Shown: positions 1-15,000 of the stretch, in pieces
How positions within the stretch are numbered: position 1 is the stretch's first letter
Layout of the letters: each line of letters begins with the position of its first letter
Assembly (NCBI GenBank): GCA_964016885.1
Contig: OZ024755.1
Span: 41,788,001-41,852,000 of the forward strand
Length of the DNA stretch: 64,000 nt
Reading direction: 5' to 3'
From: Eledone cirrhosa
Taxonomy: Eukaryota
Notes under the pieces: generated by a model
The model's database searches: none
What the model was told of the DNA's origin: nothing
The model's input: the letters and a program-made list of their open reading frames with translations, nothing else
Made by a program: the position numbers and the translations under genes

Positions 1-3000
1 GGAGGTACTGTTACCACATTAGTACAGACATGGTGTTAGGGAGGTACTGTTACCACATTAGTACAGACAGGGAGTTAGGGAGGTACTGTTACCACATTAG
101 TACAGACATGGAGTTAGGGATGTACTGTTCCTACATTAGTACAGACATGGAGTTAGGAGGTACTGTTACCACATTAGTACAGACATGGAGTTAGGGAGGT
201 ACTGTTACCACATTACTACAGACATAGAGTTAGGGAGGTACTGTTACCACGTTAGTACAGACATGGAGTTAGTGAGGTACTGTTACCACATTAGTACAGA
301 CATGGATTTAGGGAGGTACTGTTCCTACATTAGTACAGACATGGAGTTAGGAGGTAATGTTACCACATTAGTAGAGACATGGAGTTAGGGAGGTACTGTT
401 CCTACATTAGTACAGACATGGAGTTAGGGATGTACTGTTACCACATGAGTACAGACATGGAGTTAGGGAGGTACTGTTACCACATTAGTACAGACAGGGA
501 TTTAGGGAACTGTTACCACATTAGTACAGACAGGGAGTTAGGGAGGTACTGTTACCACATTAGTACAGACATGGAGTTAGGGAGGTACTGATACCACATT
601 AGTACAGACAGGGAGTTAGGGAGGTACTGATACCACATTAGTACAGACAGGGTGTTAGGGAGGTACTGTTACCACATTAGTACAGACATGGAGTTAGGGA
701 GATACTGTTACCACATTAGTACAGACATGGAGTTAGGGAGGTACTGTTCCTACATTAGTACAGACATGTGGTTAGGGAGGTACTGTTACCACATTAGTAC
801 AGACATGGAGTTAGGGAGATACTGTTACCACATTAGTACAGACATGGAGTTAGGGAGGTACTGTTACTACATTAGTACAGACATGTGGTTAGGGAGGTAC
901 TGTTACCACATTAGTACAGACATGGAGTTAGGGAGATACTGTTACCACATTAGTACAGACATGTGGTTAGGGAGGTACTGTTACCACATTAGTACAGACA
1001 TGGAGTTAGGGAGGTACTGTTACCACATTAGTACAGACATGGAGTTAGGGAGGTACTGTTCCTACATTAGTACAGACATGGAGTTAGGGAGGTACTGTTC
1101 CTACATTAGTACAGACATGGAGTTAGGGAGGTACTGTTACCACATTAGTACAGACATGGGGTTAGGAAGGTACTGTTACCACATTAGTACAGACATGGAG
1201 TTAGGGATGTACTGTTCCTACATTAGTACAGACATGGAGTTAGGAGGTACTGTTACCACATTAGTAGAGACATGGAGTTAGGGAGGTACTGTTACCACAT
1301 TACTACAGACGTAGAGTTAGGGAGGTACTGTTACCACGTTAGTACAGACATGGAGTTAGTGAGGTACTGTTACCACATTAGTACAGACATGGATTTAGGG
1401 AGGTACTGTTCCTACATTAGTACAGACATGGAGTTAGGAGGTACTGTTACCACATTAGTAGAGACATGGAGTTAGGGAGGTACTGTTCCTACATTAGTAC
1501 AGACATGGAGTTAGGGAGGTACTGTTACCACATTAGTACAGACATGGAGTTAGGGAGGTACTGTTCCTATATTAGTACAGACATGGAGTTAGGGAGGTAC
1601 TGTTACTACATTAGTACAGACAGGGAGTTAGGGAGGTACTGTTACCACATTAGTACAGACATGGAGTTAGGGAGGTACTGTTCCTATATTAGTACAGACA
1701 TGGAGTTAGGGAGGTAGTGTTACCACATTAGTACAGACATGGAGTTAGGGAGGTACTGTTACCACATTAGTACAGACATGGAGTTAGGGAGGTACTGTTA
1801 CCCCATTAGTACAGACATGTAGTTAGGGAGGTACTGTTACCACATTAGTACAGACAGGGAGTTAGGGAGGTACTGTTACTACATTAGTACAGACAGGGAG
1901 TTAGGGAGGTAATGTTACCACATTAGTACAGACATGGAGTTAGGGAGGTACTGTTCATACATTAGTACAGACATGGAGTTAGGGAGGTACTGTTACAACG
2001 TTAGTACAGACATGGAGTTAGGGAGGTACTGTTCCTACGTTAGTACAGACATGGAGTTAGGGAGGTACTGTTACCACATTAGTACAGACATGTAGTTAGG
2101 GAGGTACTGTTACCCCATTAGTACAGACATGGACTTAGGGAGGTACTGTTACCACATTAGTACAGACATGGAGTTAGGGAGGTACTGTTACCATATTAGT
2201 ACAGACATGGAGTTAGGGAGGTACTGTTACCACATTAGTAGACATGGAGTTAGGGAGGTACTGTTACCACATTAGTACAGACAGGGAGTTAGGGAGGTAC
2301 TGTTACCACATTAGTACAGACAGGGAGTTAGGGAGGTACTGTTACCACATTAGTACAGACATGGAGTTAGGGAGGTACTGTTACCACATTAGTACAGACA
2401 TGGAGTTAGGGAGGTACTGTTCCTACATTAGTACAGACATGGGGTTAGGGAGGTACTGTTACCACATTAGTACAGACATGGAGTTAGGGAGATACTGTTA
2501 CCACATTAGTACAGACATGGAGTTAGGGAGGTACTGTTACTACATTAGTACAGACATGTGGTTAGGGAGGTACTGTTACCACATTAGTACAGACATGGAG
2601 TTAGGGAGGTACTGTTACCACATTAGTACAGACATGGAGTTAGGGAGGTACTGTTCCTACATTAGTACAGACATGGAGTTAGGGAGGTACTGTTCCTACA
2701 TTAGTACAGACATGGAGTTAGGAGGTACTGTTACCACATTAGTAGAGACATGGAGTTAGGGAGGTAATGTTACCACATTACTACAGACGTAGAGTTAGGG
2801 AGGTACTGTTACCACGTTGGTACAGACATGGAGTTAGTGAGATACTGTTACCACATTAGTACAGACATGGATTTAGGGAGGTACTGTTCCTACATTAGTA
2901 CAGACATGGAGTTAGGAGGTACTGTTACCACATTAGTAGAGACATGGAGTTAGGGAGGTACTGTTACCACATTAGTACAGACATGGAGTTAGGGAGGTAC

Positions 3001-6000
3001 TGTTACCACATTAGTACAGACATGGAGTTAGGGAGGTACTGTTACCACATTAGTACAGACAGGGAGTTAGGGAGGTACTGTTACCACATTAGTACAGACA
3101 TGGTGTTATGGAGGTACTATTACCACATTAGTACAGACAGGGAGTTAGGGAGGTACTGTTACCACATTAGTACAGACAGGGATTTAGGGAACTGTTACCA
3201 CATTAGTACAGACAGGGAGTTAGGGAGGTACTGTTACCACATTAGTACAGACATGGAGTTAGGGAGGTACTGATACCACATTAGTACAGACAGGGAGTTA
3301 GGGAGGTACTGATACCACATTAGTACAGACATGGAGTTAGGAAGGTACTGTTACCACATTAGTACAGACATGGTGTTAGGGAGGTACGGTTCCTACATTA
3401 GTACAGACATGGAGTTAGGGAGGTACTGTTACCACATTAGTACAGACATGGTGTTAGGGAGGTACGGTTCCTACATTAGTACAGACATGGAGTTAAGGAG
3501 GTACGGTTCCTACATTAGTACAGACAGGGAGTTAGGGAGGTACTGTTCCTACATTAGTACAGACATGGAGTTAGGGAGGTACGGTTCCTACATTAGTACA
3601 GACATGGAGTTAGGGAGGTACTGTTACCACATTAGTACAGACAGGGAGTTAGGGAGGTACTGATACTACATTAGTACAGACAGGGAGTTAGGGAGGTACT
3701 GTTACTACATTAGTACAGACATGGAGTTAGGGAGGTACTGTTACCACATTAGTACAGACAGGAAGTTAGGGAGGTACTGTTCCTACATTAGTACAGACAT
3801 GGAGTTAGGGAGGTACTGTTACCACATTAGTACAGACAGGAAGTTAGGGAGGTACTGTTACCACATTAGTACAGACATGGTGTTAGGGAGTTACTGTTAC
3901 CACATTAGTACAGACATGGAGTTAGGGAGGTACTGTTACCACATTAGTACAGACGTGGAGCTAGGGAGGTACTGTTACCACATTATCACAGACAGGGAGT
4001 TAGGGAGGTACTGTTACCACGTTAGTACAGACATGGAGTTAGTGAGGTACTGTTACCACATTAGTACAGACATGGATTTAGGGAGGTACTGTTCCTACAT
4101 TAGTACAGACATGGAGTTAGGAGGTAATGTTACCACATTAGTAGAGACATGGAGTTAGGGAGGTACTGTTCCTACATTAGTACAGACATGGAGTTAGGGA
4201 TGTACTGTTACCACATGAGTACAGACATGGAGTTAGGGAGGTACTGTTACCACATTAGTACAGACAGGGATTTAGGGAACTGTTACCACATTAGTACAGA
4301 CAGGGAGTTAGGGAGGTACTGTTACCACATTAGTACAGACATGGAGTTAGGGAGGTACTGATACCACATTAGTACAGACAGGGAGTTAGGGAGGTACTGA
4401 TACCACATTAGTACAGACAGGGTGTTAGGGAGGTACTGTTACCACATTAGTACAGACATGGAGTTAGGGAGATACTGTTACCACATTAGTACAGACATGG
4501 AGTTAGGGAGGTACTGTTCCTACATTAGTACAGACATGTGGTTAGGGAGGTACTGTTACCACATTAGTACAGACATGGAGTTAGGGAGATACTGTTACCA
4601 CATTAGTACAGACATGGAGTTAGGGAGGTACTGTTACTACATTAGTACAGACATGTGGTTAGGGAGGTACTGTTACCACATTAGTACAGACATGGAGTTA
4701 GGGAGATACTGTTACCACATTAGTACAGACATGTGGTTAGGGAGGTACTGTTACCACATTAGTACAGACATGGAGTTAGGGAGGTACTGTTACCACATTA
4801 GTACAGACATGGAGTTAGGGAGGTACTGTTCCTACATTAGTACAGACATGGAGTTAGGGAGGTACTGTTCCTACATTAGTACAGACATGGAGTTAGGGAG
4901 GTACTGTTACCACATTAGTACAGACATGGGGTTAGGAAGGTACTGTTACCACATTAGTACAGACATGGAGTTAGGGATGTACTGTTCCTACATTAGTACA
5001 GACATGGAGTTAGGAGGTACTGTTACCACATTAGTAGAGACATGGAGTTAGGGAGGTACTGTTACCACATTACTACAGACGTAGAGTTAGGGAGGTACTG
5101 TTACCACGTTAGTACAGACATGGAGTTAGTGAGGTACTGTTACCACATTAGTACAGACATGGATTTAGGGAGGTACTGTTCCTACATTAGTACAGACATG
5201 GAGTTAGGAGGTACTGTTACCACATTAGTAGAGACATGGAGTTAGGGAGGTACTGTTCCTACATTAGTACAGACATGGAGTTAGGGAGGTACTGTTACCA
5301 CATTAGTACAGACATGGAGTTAGGGAGGTACTGTTCCTATATTAGTACAGACATGGAGTTAGGGAGGTACTGTTACTACATTAGTACAGACAGGGAGTTA
5401 GGGAGGTACTGTTACCACATTAGTACAGACATGGAGTTAGGGAGGTACTGTTCCTACATTAGTACAGACATGGAGTTAGGGAGGTACTGTTACAACATTA
5501 GTACAGACATGGAGTTAGGGAGGTACTATTCCTACATTAGTACAGGCATGGAGTTAGGGAGGTACTGTTACCACATTAGTACAGACATGGAGTTAGGGAG
5601 GTACTGTTACCCCATTAGTACAGACATGGAGTTAGGGAGGTACTGTTACCACATTAGTACAGACAGGGAGTTAGGGAGGTACTGTTACTACATTAGTACA
5701 GACAGGGAGTTAGGGAGGTAATGTTACCACATTAGTACAGACATGGAGTTAGGGAGGTACTGTTCATACATTAGTACAGACATGGAGTTAGGGAGGTACT
5801 GTTACAACATTAGTACAGACATGGAGTTAGGGAGGTACTGTTCCTACGTTAGTACAGACATGGAGTTAGGGAGGTACTGTTACCACATTAGTACAGACAT
5901 GTAGTTAGGGAGGTACTGTTACCCCATTAGTACAGACATGGACTTAGGGAGGTACTGTTACCACATTAGTACAGACATGGAGTTAGGGAGGTACTGTTAC

Positions 6001-9000
6001 CATATTAGTACAGACATGGAGTTAGGGAGGTACTGTTACCACATTAGTACAGACATGGAGTTAGGGAGGTACTGTTACCACATTAGTACAGACAGGGAGT
6101 TAGGGAGGTACTGTTACCACATTAGTACAGACAGGGAGTTAGGGAGGTACTGTTACCACATTAGTACAGACATGGAGTTAGGGAGGTACTGTTACCACAT
6201 TAGTACAGACATGGAGTTAGGGAGGTACTGTTCCTACATTAGTACAGACATGGGGTTAGGGAGGTACTGTTACCACATTAGTACAGACATGGAGTTAGGG
6301 AGATACTGTTACCACATTAGTACAGACATGGAGTTAGGGAGGTACTGTTACTACATTGGTACAGACATGTGGTTAGGGAGGTACTGTTACCACATTAGTA
6401 CAGACATGGAGTTAGGGAGGTACTGTTACCACATTAGTACAGACATGGAGTTAGGGAGGTACTGTTCCTACATTAGTACAGACATGGAGTTAGGGAGGTA
6501 CTGTTCCTACATTAGTACAGACATGGAGTTAGGAGGTACTGTTACCACATTAGTAGAGACATGGAGTTAGGGAGGTAATGTTACCACATTACTACAGACG
6601 TAGAGTTAGGGAGGTACTGTTACCACGTTGGTACAGACATGGAGTTAGTGAGATACTGTTACCACATTAGTACAGACATGGAGTTAGGGAGGTACTGTTC
6701 CTACATTAGTACAGACATGGAGTTAGGAGGTACTGTTACCACATTAGTAGAGACATGGAGTTAGGGAGGTACTGTTACCACATTAGTACAGACATGGAGT
6801 TAGGGAGGTACTGTTACCACATTAGTACAGACATGGAGTTAGGGAGGTACTGTTACCACATTAGTACAGACAGGGAGTTAGGGAGGTACTGTTACCACAT
6901 TAGTACAGACATGGTGTTATGGAGGTACTATTACCACATTAGTACAGACAGGGAGTTAGGGAGGTACTGTTACCACATTAGTACAGACAGGGAGTTAGGG
7001 AGGTACTGATACTACATTAGTACAGACAGGGAGTTAGGGAGGTACTGTTACTACATTAGTACAGACATGGAGTTAGGGAGGTACTGTTACCACATTAGTA
7101 CAGACAGGAAGTTAGGGAGGTACTGTTACCACATTAGTACAGACAGGGAGTTAAGGAGGTACTGTTACCACATTAGTACAGGCAGGGAGTTAGGGAGGTA
7201 CTGTTACCACATTAGTACAGACAGGAAGTTAGGGAGGTACTGTTACCACATTATCACAGACAGGGAGTTAGGGAGGTACTGTTACCACATTAGTACAGAC
7301 AGGGAGTTAGGGAGGTACTGTTACCACATTAGTACAGACATGGAGTTAGGGAGGTACTGTTACAACATTAGTACAGACATGGAGTTAGGGAGGTACTGTT
7401 ACCACATTAGTACAGACATGGAGTTAGGGAGGTACTGTTACCACATTAGTACAGACATGGAGTTAGGGAGGTACTGTTACAACATTAGTACAGACATGGA
7501 GTTAGGGAGTTACTGTTACCACATTAGTACAGACATGGAGTTAGGGAGGTACTGTTACCACATTAGTACAGACATGGAGTTAGGGAGGTACTGTTACCAC
7601 ATTAGTACAGACAGGGAGTTAGGGAGGTACTGTTACCACATTAGTACAGACATGGAGTTAGGGAGGTACTGTTACCACATTAGTACAGACATGGAGTTAG
7701 GGAGGTACTGTTACCACATTATCACAGACAGGGAGTTAGGGAGGTACTGTTACCAAATTAGTACAGACAGGGAGTTAGGGAGGTACTGTTACCACATTAG
7801 TACAGACGTGGAGTTAGGAAGGTACTGTTACCACATTAGTACAGACAGGGAGTTAGGGAGGTACTGTTACCACATTAGTACAGACATGGAGTTAGGGAGG
7901 TACTGTTACCACATTAGTACAGACATGGAGTTAGGGAGGTACTGTTACCACATTAGTACAGACATGGAGTTAGGGAGGTACTGTTACCACATTAGTACAG
8001 ACATGGAGTTAGGGAGGTACTGTTACCACATTAGTACAGACAGGGAGTTAGGGAGGTACTGTTACCACATTAGTACAGACATGGAGTTAGGGAGGTACTG
8101 TTACCACATTAGTACAGACATGGAGTTAGGGAGGTACTGTTACCACATTATCACAGACAGGGAGTTAGGGAGGTACTGTTACCACATTAGTACAGACAGG
8201 GAGTTAGGGAGGTACTGTTACCACATTAGTACAGACGTGGAGTTAGGAAGGTACTGTTACCACATTAGTACAGACAGGGAGTTAGGGAGGTACTGTTACC
8301 ACATTAGTACAGACATGGAGTTAGGGAGGTACTGTTACCACATTAGTACAGACATGGAGTTAGGGAGGTACTGTTACCACATTATCACAGACAGGGAGTT
8401 AGGGAGGTACTGTTACCACATTAGTACAGACAGGGAGTTAGGGAGGTACTGTTACCACATTAGTACAGACATGGAGTTAGGGAGGTACTGTTACCACATT
8501 AGTACAGACATGGAGTTAGGGAGGTACTGTTACCACATTATCACAGACAGGGAGTTAGGGAGGTACTGTTACCACATTAGTACAGACAGGGAGTTAGGGA
8601 GGTACTGTTACCACATTAGTACAGACATGGAGTTAGGGAGGTACTGTTACCACATTAGTACAGACATGGAGTTAGGGAGGTACTGTTACCACATTATCAC
8701 AGACAGGGAGTTAGGGAGGTACTGTTACCACATTAGTACAGACAGGGAGTTAGGGAGGTACTGTTACCACATTAGTACAGACATGGAGTTAGGGAGGTAC
8801 TGTTACCACATTAGTACAGACAGGGAGTTAGGGAGGTACTGTTACCACATTAGTAGAGACATGGAGTTAGGGAGGTACTGTTCCTACATTAGTACAGACG
8901 TGGAGCTAGGGAGGTACTGTTACCACATTATCACAGACAGGGAGTTAGGGAGGTACTGTTACCACATTAGTACAGACAGGGAGTTAGGGAGGTACTGATA

Positions 9001-12000
9001 CCACATTAGTACAGACAGGGAGTTAAGGAGGTACTGTTCCTACATTAGTACAGGCATGGAGTTAGGGAGGTACTATTACCACATTAGTACAGACATGGAG
9101 TTAGGGAGGTACTGTTACCACATTAGTACAGACAGGGAGTTAGGGAGGTACTGATACCAGATTAGTACAGACAGGGAGTTAAGGAGGTACTGTTACCACA
9201 TTAGTACAGACAGGGAGTTAGGGAGGTACTGACACCACATTAGTACAGACAGGGAGTTAGGGAGGTACTGTTCCTACATTAGTACAGACATGGAGTTAGG
9301 GAGGTACTGTTACAACATTAGTACAGACATGGAGTTAGGGAGGTACTGTTACAACATTAGTACAGACATGGAGTTAGGGAGGTACTGTTACAACATTAGT
9401 ACAGACATGGAGTTAGGGAGGTACTGTTACTACATTAGTACAGACATGGAGTTAGGGAGGTACTGTTCCTACATTAGTACAGACATGGAGTTAGGGAGGT
9501 ACTGTTACAACATTAGTACAGACATGGAGTTAGGGAGGTACTGTTCCTACATTAGTACAGACATGGAGTTAGGGAGGTACTGTTACTACATTAGTACAGA
9601 CATGGAGTTAGGGAGGTACTGTTACAACATTAGTACAGACATGGAGTTAGGGAGGTACTGTTACAACATTAGTACAGACATGGAGTTAGGGAGGTACTGT
9701 TACAACATTAGTACAGACATGGAGTTAGGGAGGTACTGTTCCTACATTAGTACAGACATGGAGTTAGGGAGGTACTGTTACAACATTAGTACAGACATGG
9801 AGTTAGGGAGGTACTGTTACAACATTAGTACAGACATGGAGTTAGGGAGGTACTGTTACAACATTAGTACAGACATGGATTTAGGGAGGTACTGTTCCTA
9901 CATTAGTACAGACATGGAGTTAGGGAGGTACTGTTACTACATTAGTACAGACATGGAGTTAGGGAGGTACTGTTCCTACATTAGTACAGACATGGAGTTA
10001 GGGAGGTACTGTTACAACATTAGTACAGACATGGAGTTAGGGAGGTACTGTTCCTACATTAGTACAGACATGGAGTTAGGGAGGTACTGTTACCACATTA
10101 GTACAGACATGGAGTTAGGGAGGTACTGTTACCCCATTAGTACAGACATGGAGTTAGGGAGGTACTGTTACCACATTAGTACAGACAGGGAGTTAGGGAG
10201 GTACTGTTACTACATTAGTACAGACAGGGAGTTAGGGAGGTACTGTTACCACATTAGTACAGACATGGAGTTAGGGAGGTACTGTTCATACATTAGTACA
10301 GACATGGAGTTAGGGAGGTACTGTTACAACATTAGTACAGACATGGAGTTAGGGAGGTACTGTTCCTACATTAGTACAGACATGAAGTTAGGGAGGTACT
10401 GTTCCTACATTAGTACAGACATGGAGTTAGGAGGTACTGTTACCACATTAGTAGAGACATGGAGTTAGGGAGGTAATGTTACCACATTACTACAGACGTA
10501 GAGTTAGGGAGGTACTGTTACCACGTTAGTACAGACATGGAGTTAGTGAGGTACTGTTACCACATTAGTACAGACATGGATTTGGGGAGGTACTGTTCCT
10601 ACATTAGTACAGACATGGAGTTAGGAGGTACTGTTACCACATTAGTAGAGACATGGAGTTAGGGAGGTACTGTTACCACATTAGTACAGACATGGAGTTA
10701 GGGAGGTACTGTTACCACATTAGTACAGACATGGAGTTAGGGAGGTACTGTTACCACATTAGTACAGACAGGGAGTTAGGGAGGTACTGTTACCACATTA
10801 GTACAGACATGGTGTTATGGAGGTACTATTACCACATTAGTACAGACAGGGAGTTAGGGAGGTACTGTTACCACATTAGTACAGACAGGGATTTAGGGAA
10901 CTGTTACCACATTAGTACAGACATGGAGTTAGGGAGGTACTGATACCACATTAGTACAGACAGGGAGTTAGGGAGGTACTGATACCACATTAGTACAGAC
11001 AGGGAGTTAGGGAGGTACGGTTCCTACATTAGTACAGACATGGAGTTAGGGAGGTACTGTTACCACATTAGTACAGACAGGGAGTTAGGGAGGTACTGAT
11101 ACTACATTAGTACAGACTGGGAGTTAGGGAGGTACTGTTACTACATTAGTACAGACATGGAGTTAGGGAGGTACTGTTACCACATTAGTACAGACAGAAA
11201 GTTAGGGAGGTACTGTTCCTACATTAGTACAGACATGGAGTTAGGGAGGTACTGTTACCACATTAGTACAGACATGGTGTTAGGGAGTTACTGTTACCAC
11301 ATTAGTACAGACATGGAGTTAGGGAGGTACTGTTACCACATTAGTACAGACAGGAAGTTAGGGAGGTACTGTTACCACATTAGTACAGACATGGTGTTAG
11401 GGAGTTACTGTTACCACATTAGTACAGACATGGAGTTAGGGAGGTACTGTTACCACATTAGTACAGACATGGAGCTAGGGAGGTACTGTTACCACATTAT
11501 CACAGACAGGTAGTTAGGGAGGTACTGTTACCACATTAGTACAGACATGGAGTTAGTGAGGTACTGTTACCACATTAGTACAGACATGGATTTAGGGAGG
11601 TACTGTTCCTACATTAGTACAGACATGGAGTTAGGAGGTACTGTTACCACATTAGTAGAGACATGGAGTTAGGGAGGTACTGTTCCTACATTATTACAGA
11701 CATGGAGTTAGGGAGGTACTGTTACCATATTAGTACAGACATGGATTTAGGGAGGTACTGTTCCTACATTAGTACAGACATGGAGTTAGGAGGTACTGTT
11801 ACCACATTAGTAGAGACATGGAGTTAGGGAGGTACTGTTCCTACATTAGTACAGACATGGAGTTAGGGAGGTACTGTTACCACATTAGTACAGACATGGA
11901 GTTAGGGAGGTACTGTTCCTATATTAGTACAGACATGGAGTTAGGGAGGTACTGTTACTACATTAGTACAGACAGGGAGTTAGGGAGGTACTGTTACCAC

Positions 12001-15000
12001 ATTAGTACAGACATGGAGTTAGGGAGGTACTGTTCCTACATTAGTACAGACATGGAGTTAGGGAGGTACTGTTACAACATTAGTACAGACATGGAGTTAG
12101 GGAGGTACTGTTACCACATTACTACAGACGTAGAGTTAGGGAGGTACTGTTACCACGTTAGTACAGACATGGAGTTAGTGAGGTACTGTTACCACATTAG
12201 TACAGACATGGATTTAGGGAGGTACTGTTCCTACATTAGTACAGACATGGAGTTAGGAGGTACTGTTTCCACATTAGTAGAGACATGGAGTTAGGGAGGT
12301 ACTGTTCCTACATTAGTACAGACATGGAGTTAGGGAGGTACTGTTACCACATTAGTACAGACATGGAGTTAGGGAGGTACTGTTCCTATATTAGTACAGA
12401 CATGGAGTTAGGGAGGTACTGTTACTACATTAGTACAGACAGGGAGTTAGGGAGGTACTGTTACCACATTAGTACAGACATGGAGTTAGGGAGGTACTGT
12501 TCCTACATTAGTACAGACATGGAGTTAGGGAGGTACTGTTACAACATTAGTACAGACATGGAGTTAGGGAGGTACTGTTCCTACATTAGTACAGGCATGG
12601 AGTTAGGGAGGTACTGTTACCACATTAGTACAGACATGGAGTTAGGGAGGTACTGTTACCCCATTAGTACAGACATGGAGTTAGGGAGGTACTGTTACCA
12701 CATTAGTACAGACAGGGAGTTAGGGAGGTACTGTTACTACATTAGTACAGACAGGGAGTTAGGGAGGTAATGTTACCACATTAGTACAGACATGGAGTTA
12801 GGGAGGTACTGTTCATACATTAGTACAGACATGGAGTTAGGGAGGTACTGTTACAACATTAGTACAGACATGGAGTTAGGGAGGTACTGTTCCTACGTTA
12901 GTACAGACATGGAGTTAGGGAGGTACTGTTACCACATTAGTACAGACATGTAGTTAGGGAGGTACTGTTACCCCATTAGTACAGACATGGACTTAGGGAG
13001 GTACTGTTACCACATTAGTACAGACATGGAGTTAGGGAGGTACTGTTACCATATTAGTACAGACATGGAGTTAGGGAGGTACTGTTACCACATTAGTACA
13101 GACATGGAGTTAGGGAGGTACTGTTACCACATTAGTACAGACAGGGTGTTAGGGAGGTACTGTTACCACATTAGTACAGACAGGGAGTTAGGGAGGTACT
13201 GTTACCACATTAGTACAGACATGGAGTTAGGGAGGTACTGTTACCACATTAGTACAGACATGGAGTTAGGGAGGTACTGTTCCTACATTAGTACAGACAT
13301 GGGGTTAGGGAGGTACTGTTACCACATTAGTACAGACATGGAGTTAGGGAGATACTGTTACCACATTAGTACAGACATGGAGTTAGGGAGGTACTGTTAC
13401 TACATTAGTACAGACATGTGGTTAGGGAGGTACTGTTACCACATTAGTACAGACATGGAGTTAGGGAGGTACTGTTACCACATTAGTACAGACATGGAGT
13501 TAGGGAGGTACTGTTCCTACATTAGTACAGACATGGAGTTAGGGAGGTACTGTTCCTACATTAGTACAGACATGGAGTTAGGAGGTACTGTTACCACATT
13601 AGTAGAGACATGGAGTTAGGGAGGTAATGTTACCACATTACTACAGACGTAGAGTTAGGGAGGTACTGTTACCACGTTGGTACAGACATGGAGTTAGTGA
13701 GATACTGTTACCACATTAGTACAGACATGGATTTAGGGAGGTACTGTTCCTACATTAGTACAGACATGGAGTTAGGAGGTACTGTTACCACATTAGTAGA
13801 GACATGGAGTTAGGGAGGTACTGTTACCACATTAGTACAGACATGGAGTTAGGGAGGTACTGTTACCACATTAGTACAGACATGGAGTTAGGGAGGTACT
13901 GTTACCACATTAGTACAGACAGGGAGTTAGGGAGGTACTGTTACCACATTAGTACAGACATGGTGTTATGGAGGTACTATTACCACATTAGTACAGACAG
14001 GGAGTTAGGGAGGTACTGTTACCACATTAGTACAGACAGGGAGTTAGGGAGGTACTGATACTACATTAGTACAGACAGGGAGTTAGGGAGGTACTGTTAC
14101 TACATTAGTACAGACATGGAGTTAGGGAGGTACTGTTACCACATTAGTACAGACAGGAAGTTAGGGAGGTACTGTTACCACATTAGTACAGACAGGGAGT
14201 TAAGGAGGTACTGTTACCACATTAGTACAGACAGGGAGTTAGGGAGGTACTGTTACCACATTAGTACAGACATGGAGTTAGGGAGGTACTGTTACCACAT
14301 TATCACAGACAGGGAGTTAGGGAGGTACTGTTACCAAATTAGTACAGACAGGGAGTTAGGGAGGTACTGTTACCACATTAGTACAGACAGGAAGTTAGGG
14401 AGGTACTGTTACCACATTATCACAGACAGGGAGTTAGGGAGGTACTGTTACCACATTAGTACAGACAGGGAGTTAGGGAGGTACTGTTACCACATTAGTA
14501 CAGACATGGAGTTAGGGAGGTACTGTTACCACATTAGTACAGACAGGGAGTTAGGGAGGTACTGTTACCACATTAGTACAGACATGGAGTTAGGGAGGTA
14601 CTGTTACCACATTAGTACAGACATGGAGTTAGGGAGGTACTGTTACCACATTATCACAGACAGGGAGTTAGGGAGGTACTGTTACCAAATTAGTACAGAC
14701 AGGGAGTTAGGGAGGTACTGTTACCACATTAGTACAGACGTGGAGTTAGGAAGGTACTGTTACCACATTAGTACAGACAGGGAGTTAGGGAGGTACTGTT
14801 ACCACATTAGTACAGACATGGAGTTAGGGAGGTACTGTTACCACATTAGTACAGACATGGAGTTAGGGAGGTACTGTTACCACATTAGTACAGACATGGA
14901 GTTAGGGAGGTACTGTTACCACATTAGTACAGACATGGAGTTAGGGAGGTACTGTTACCACATTAGTACAGACAGGGAGTTAGGGAGGTACTGTTACCAC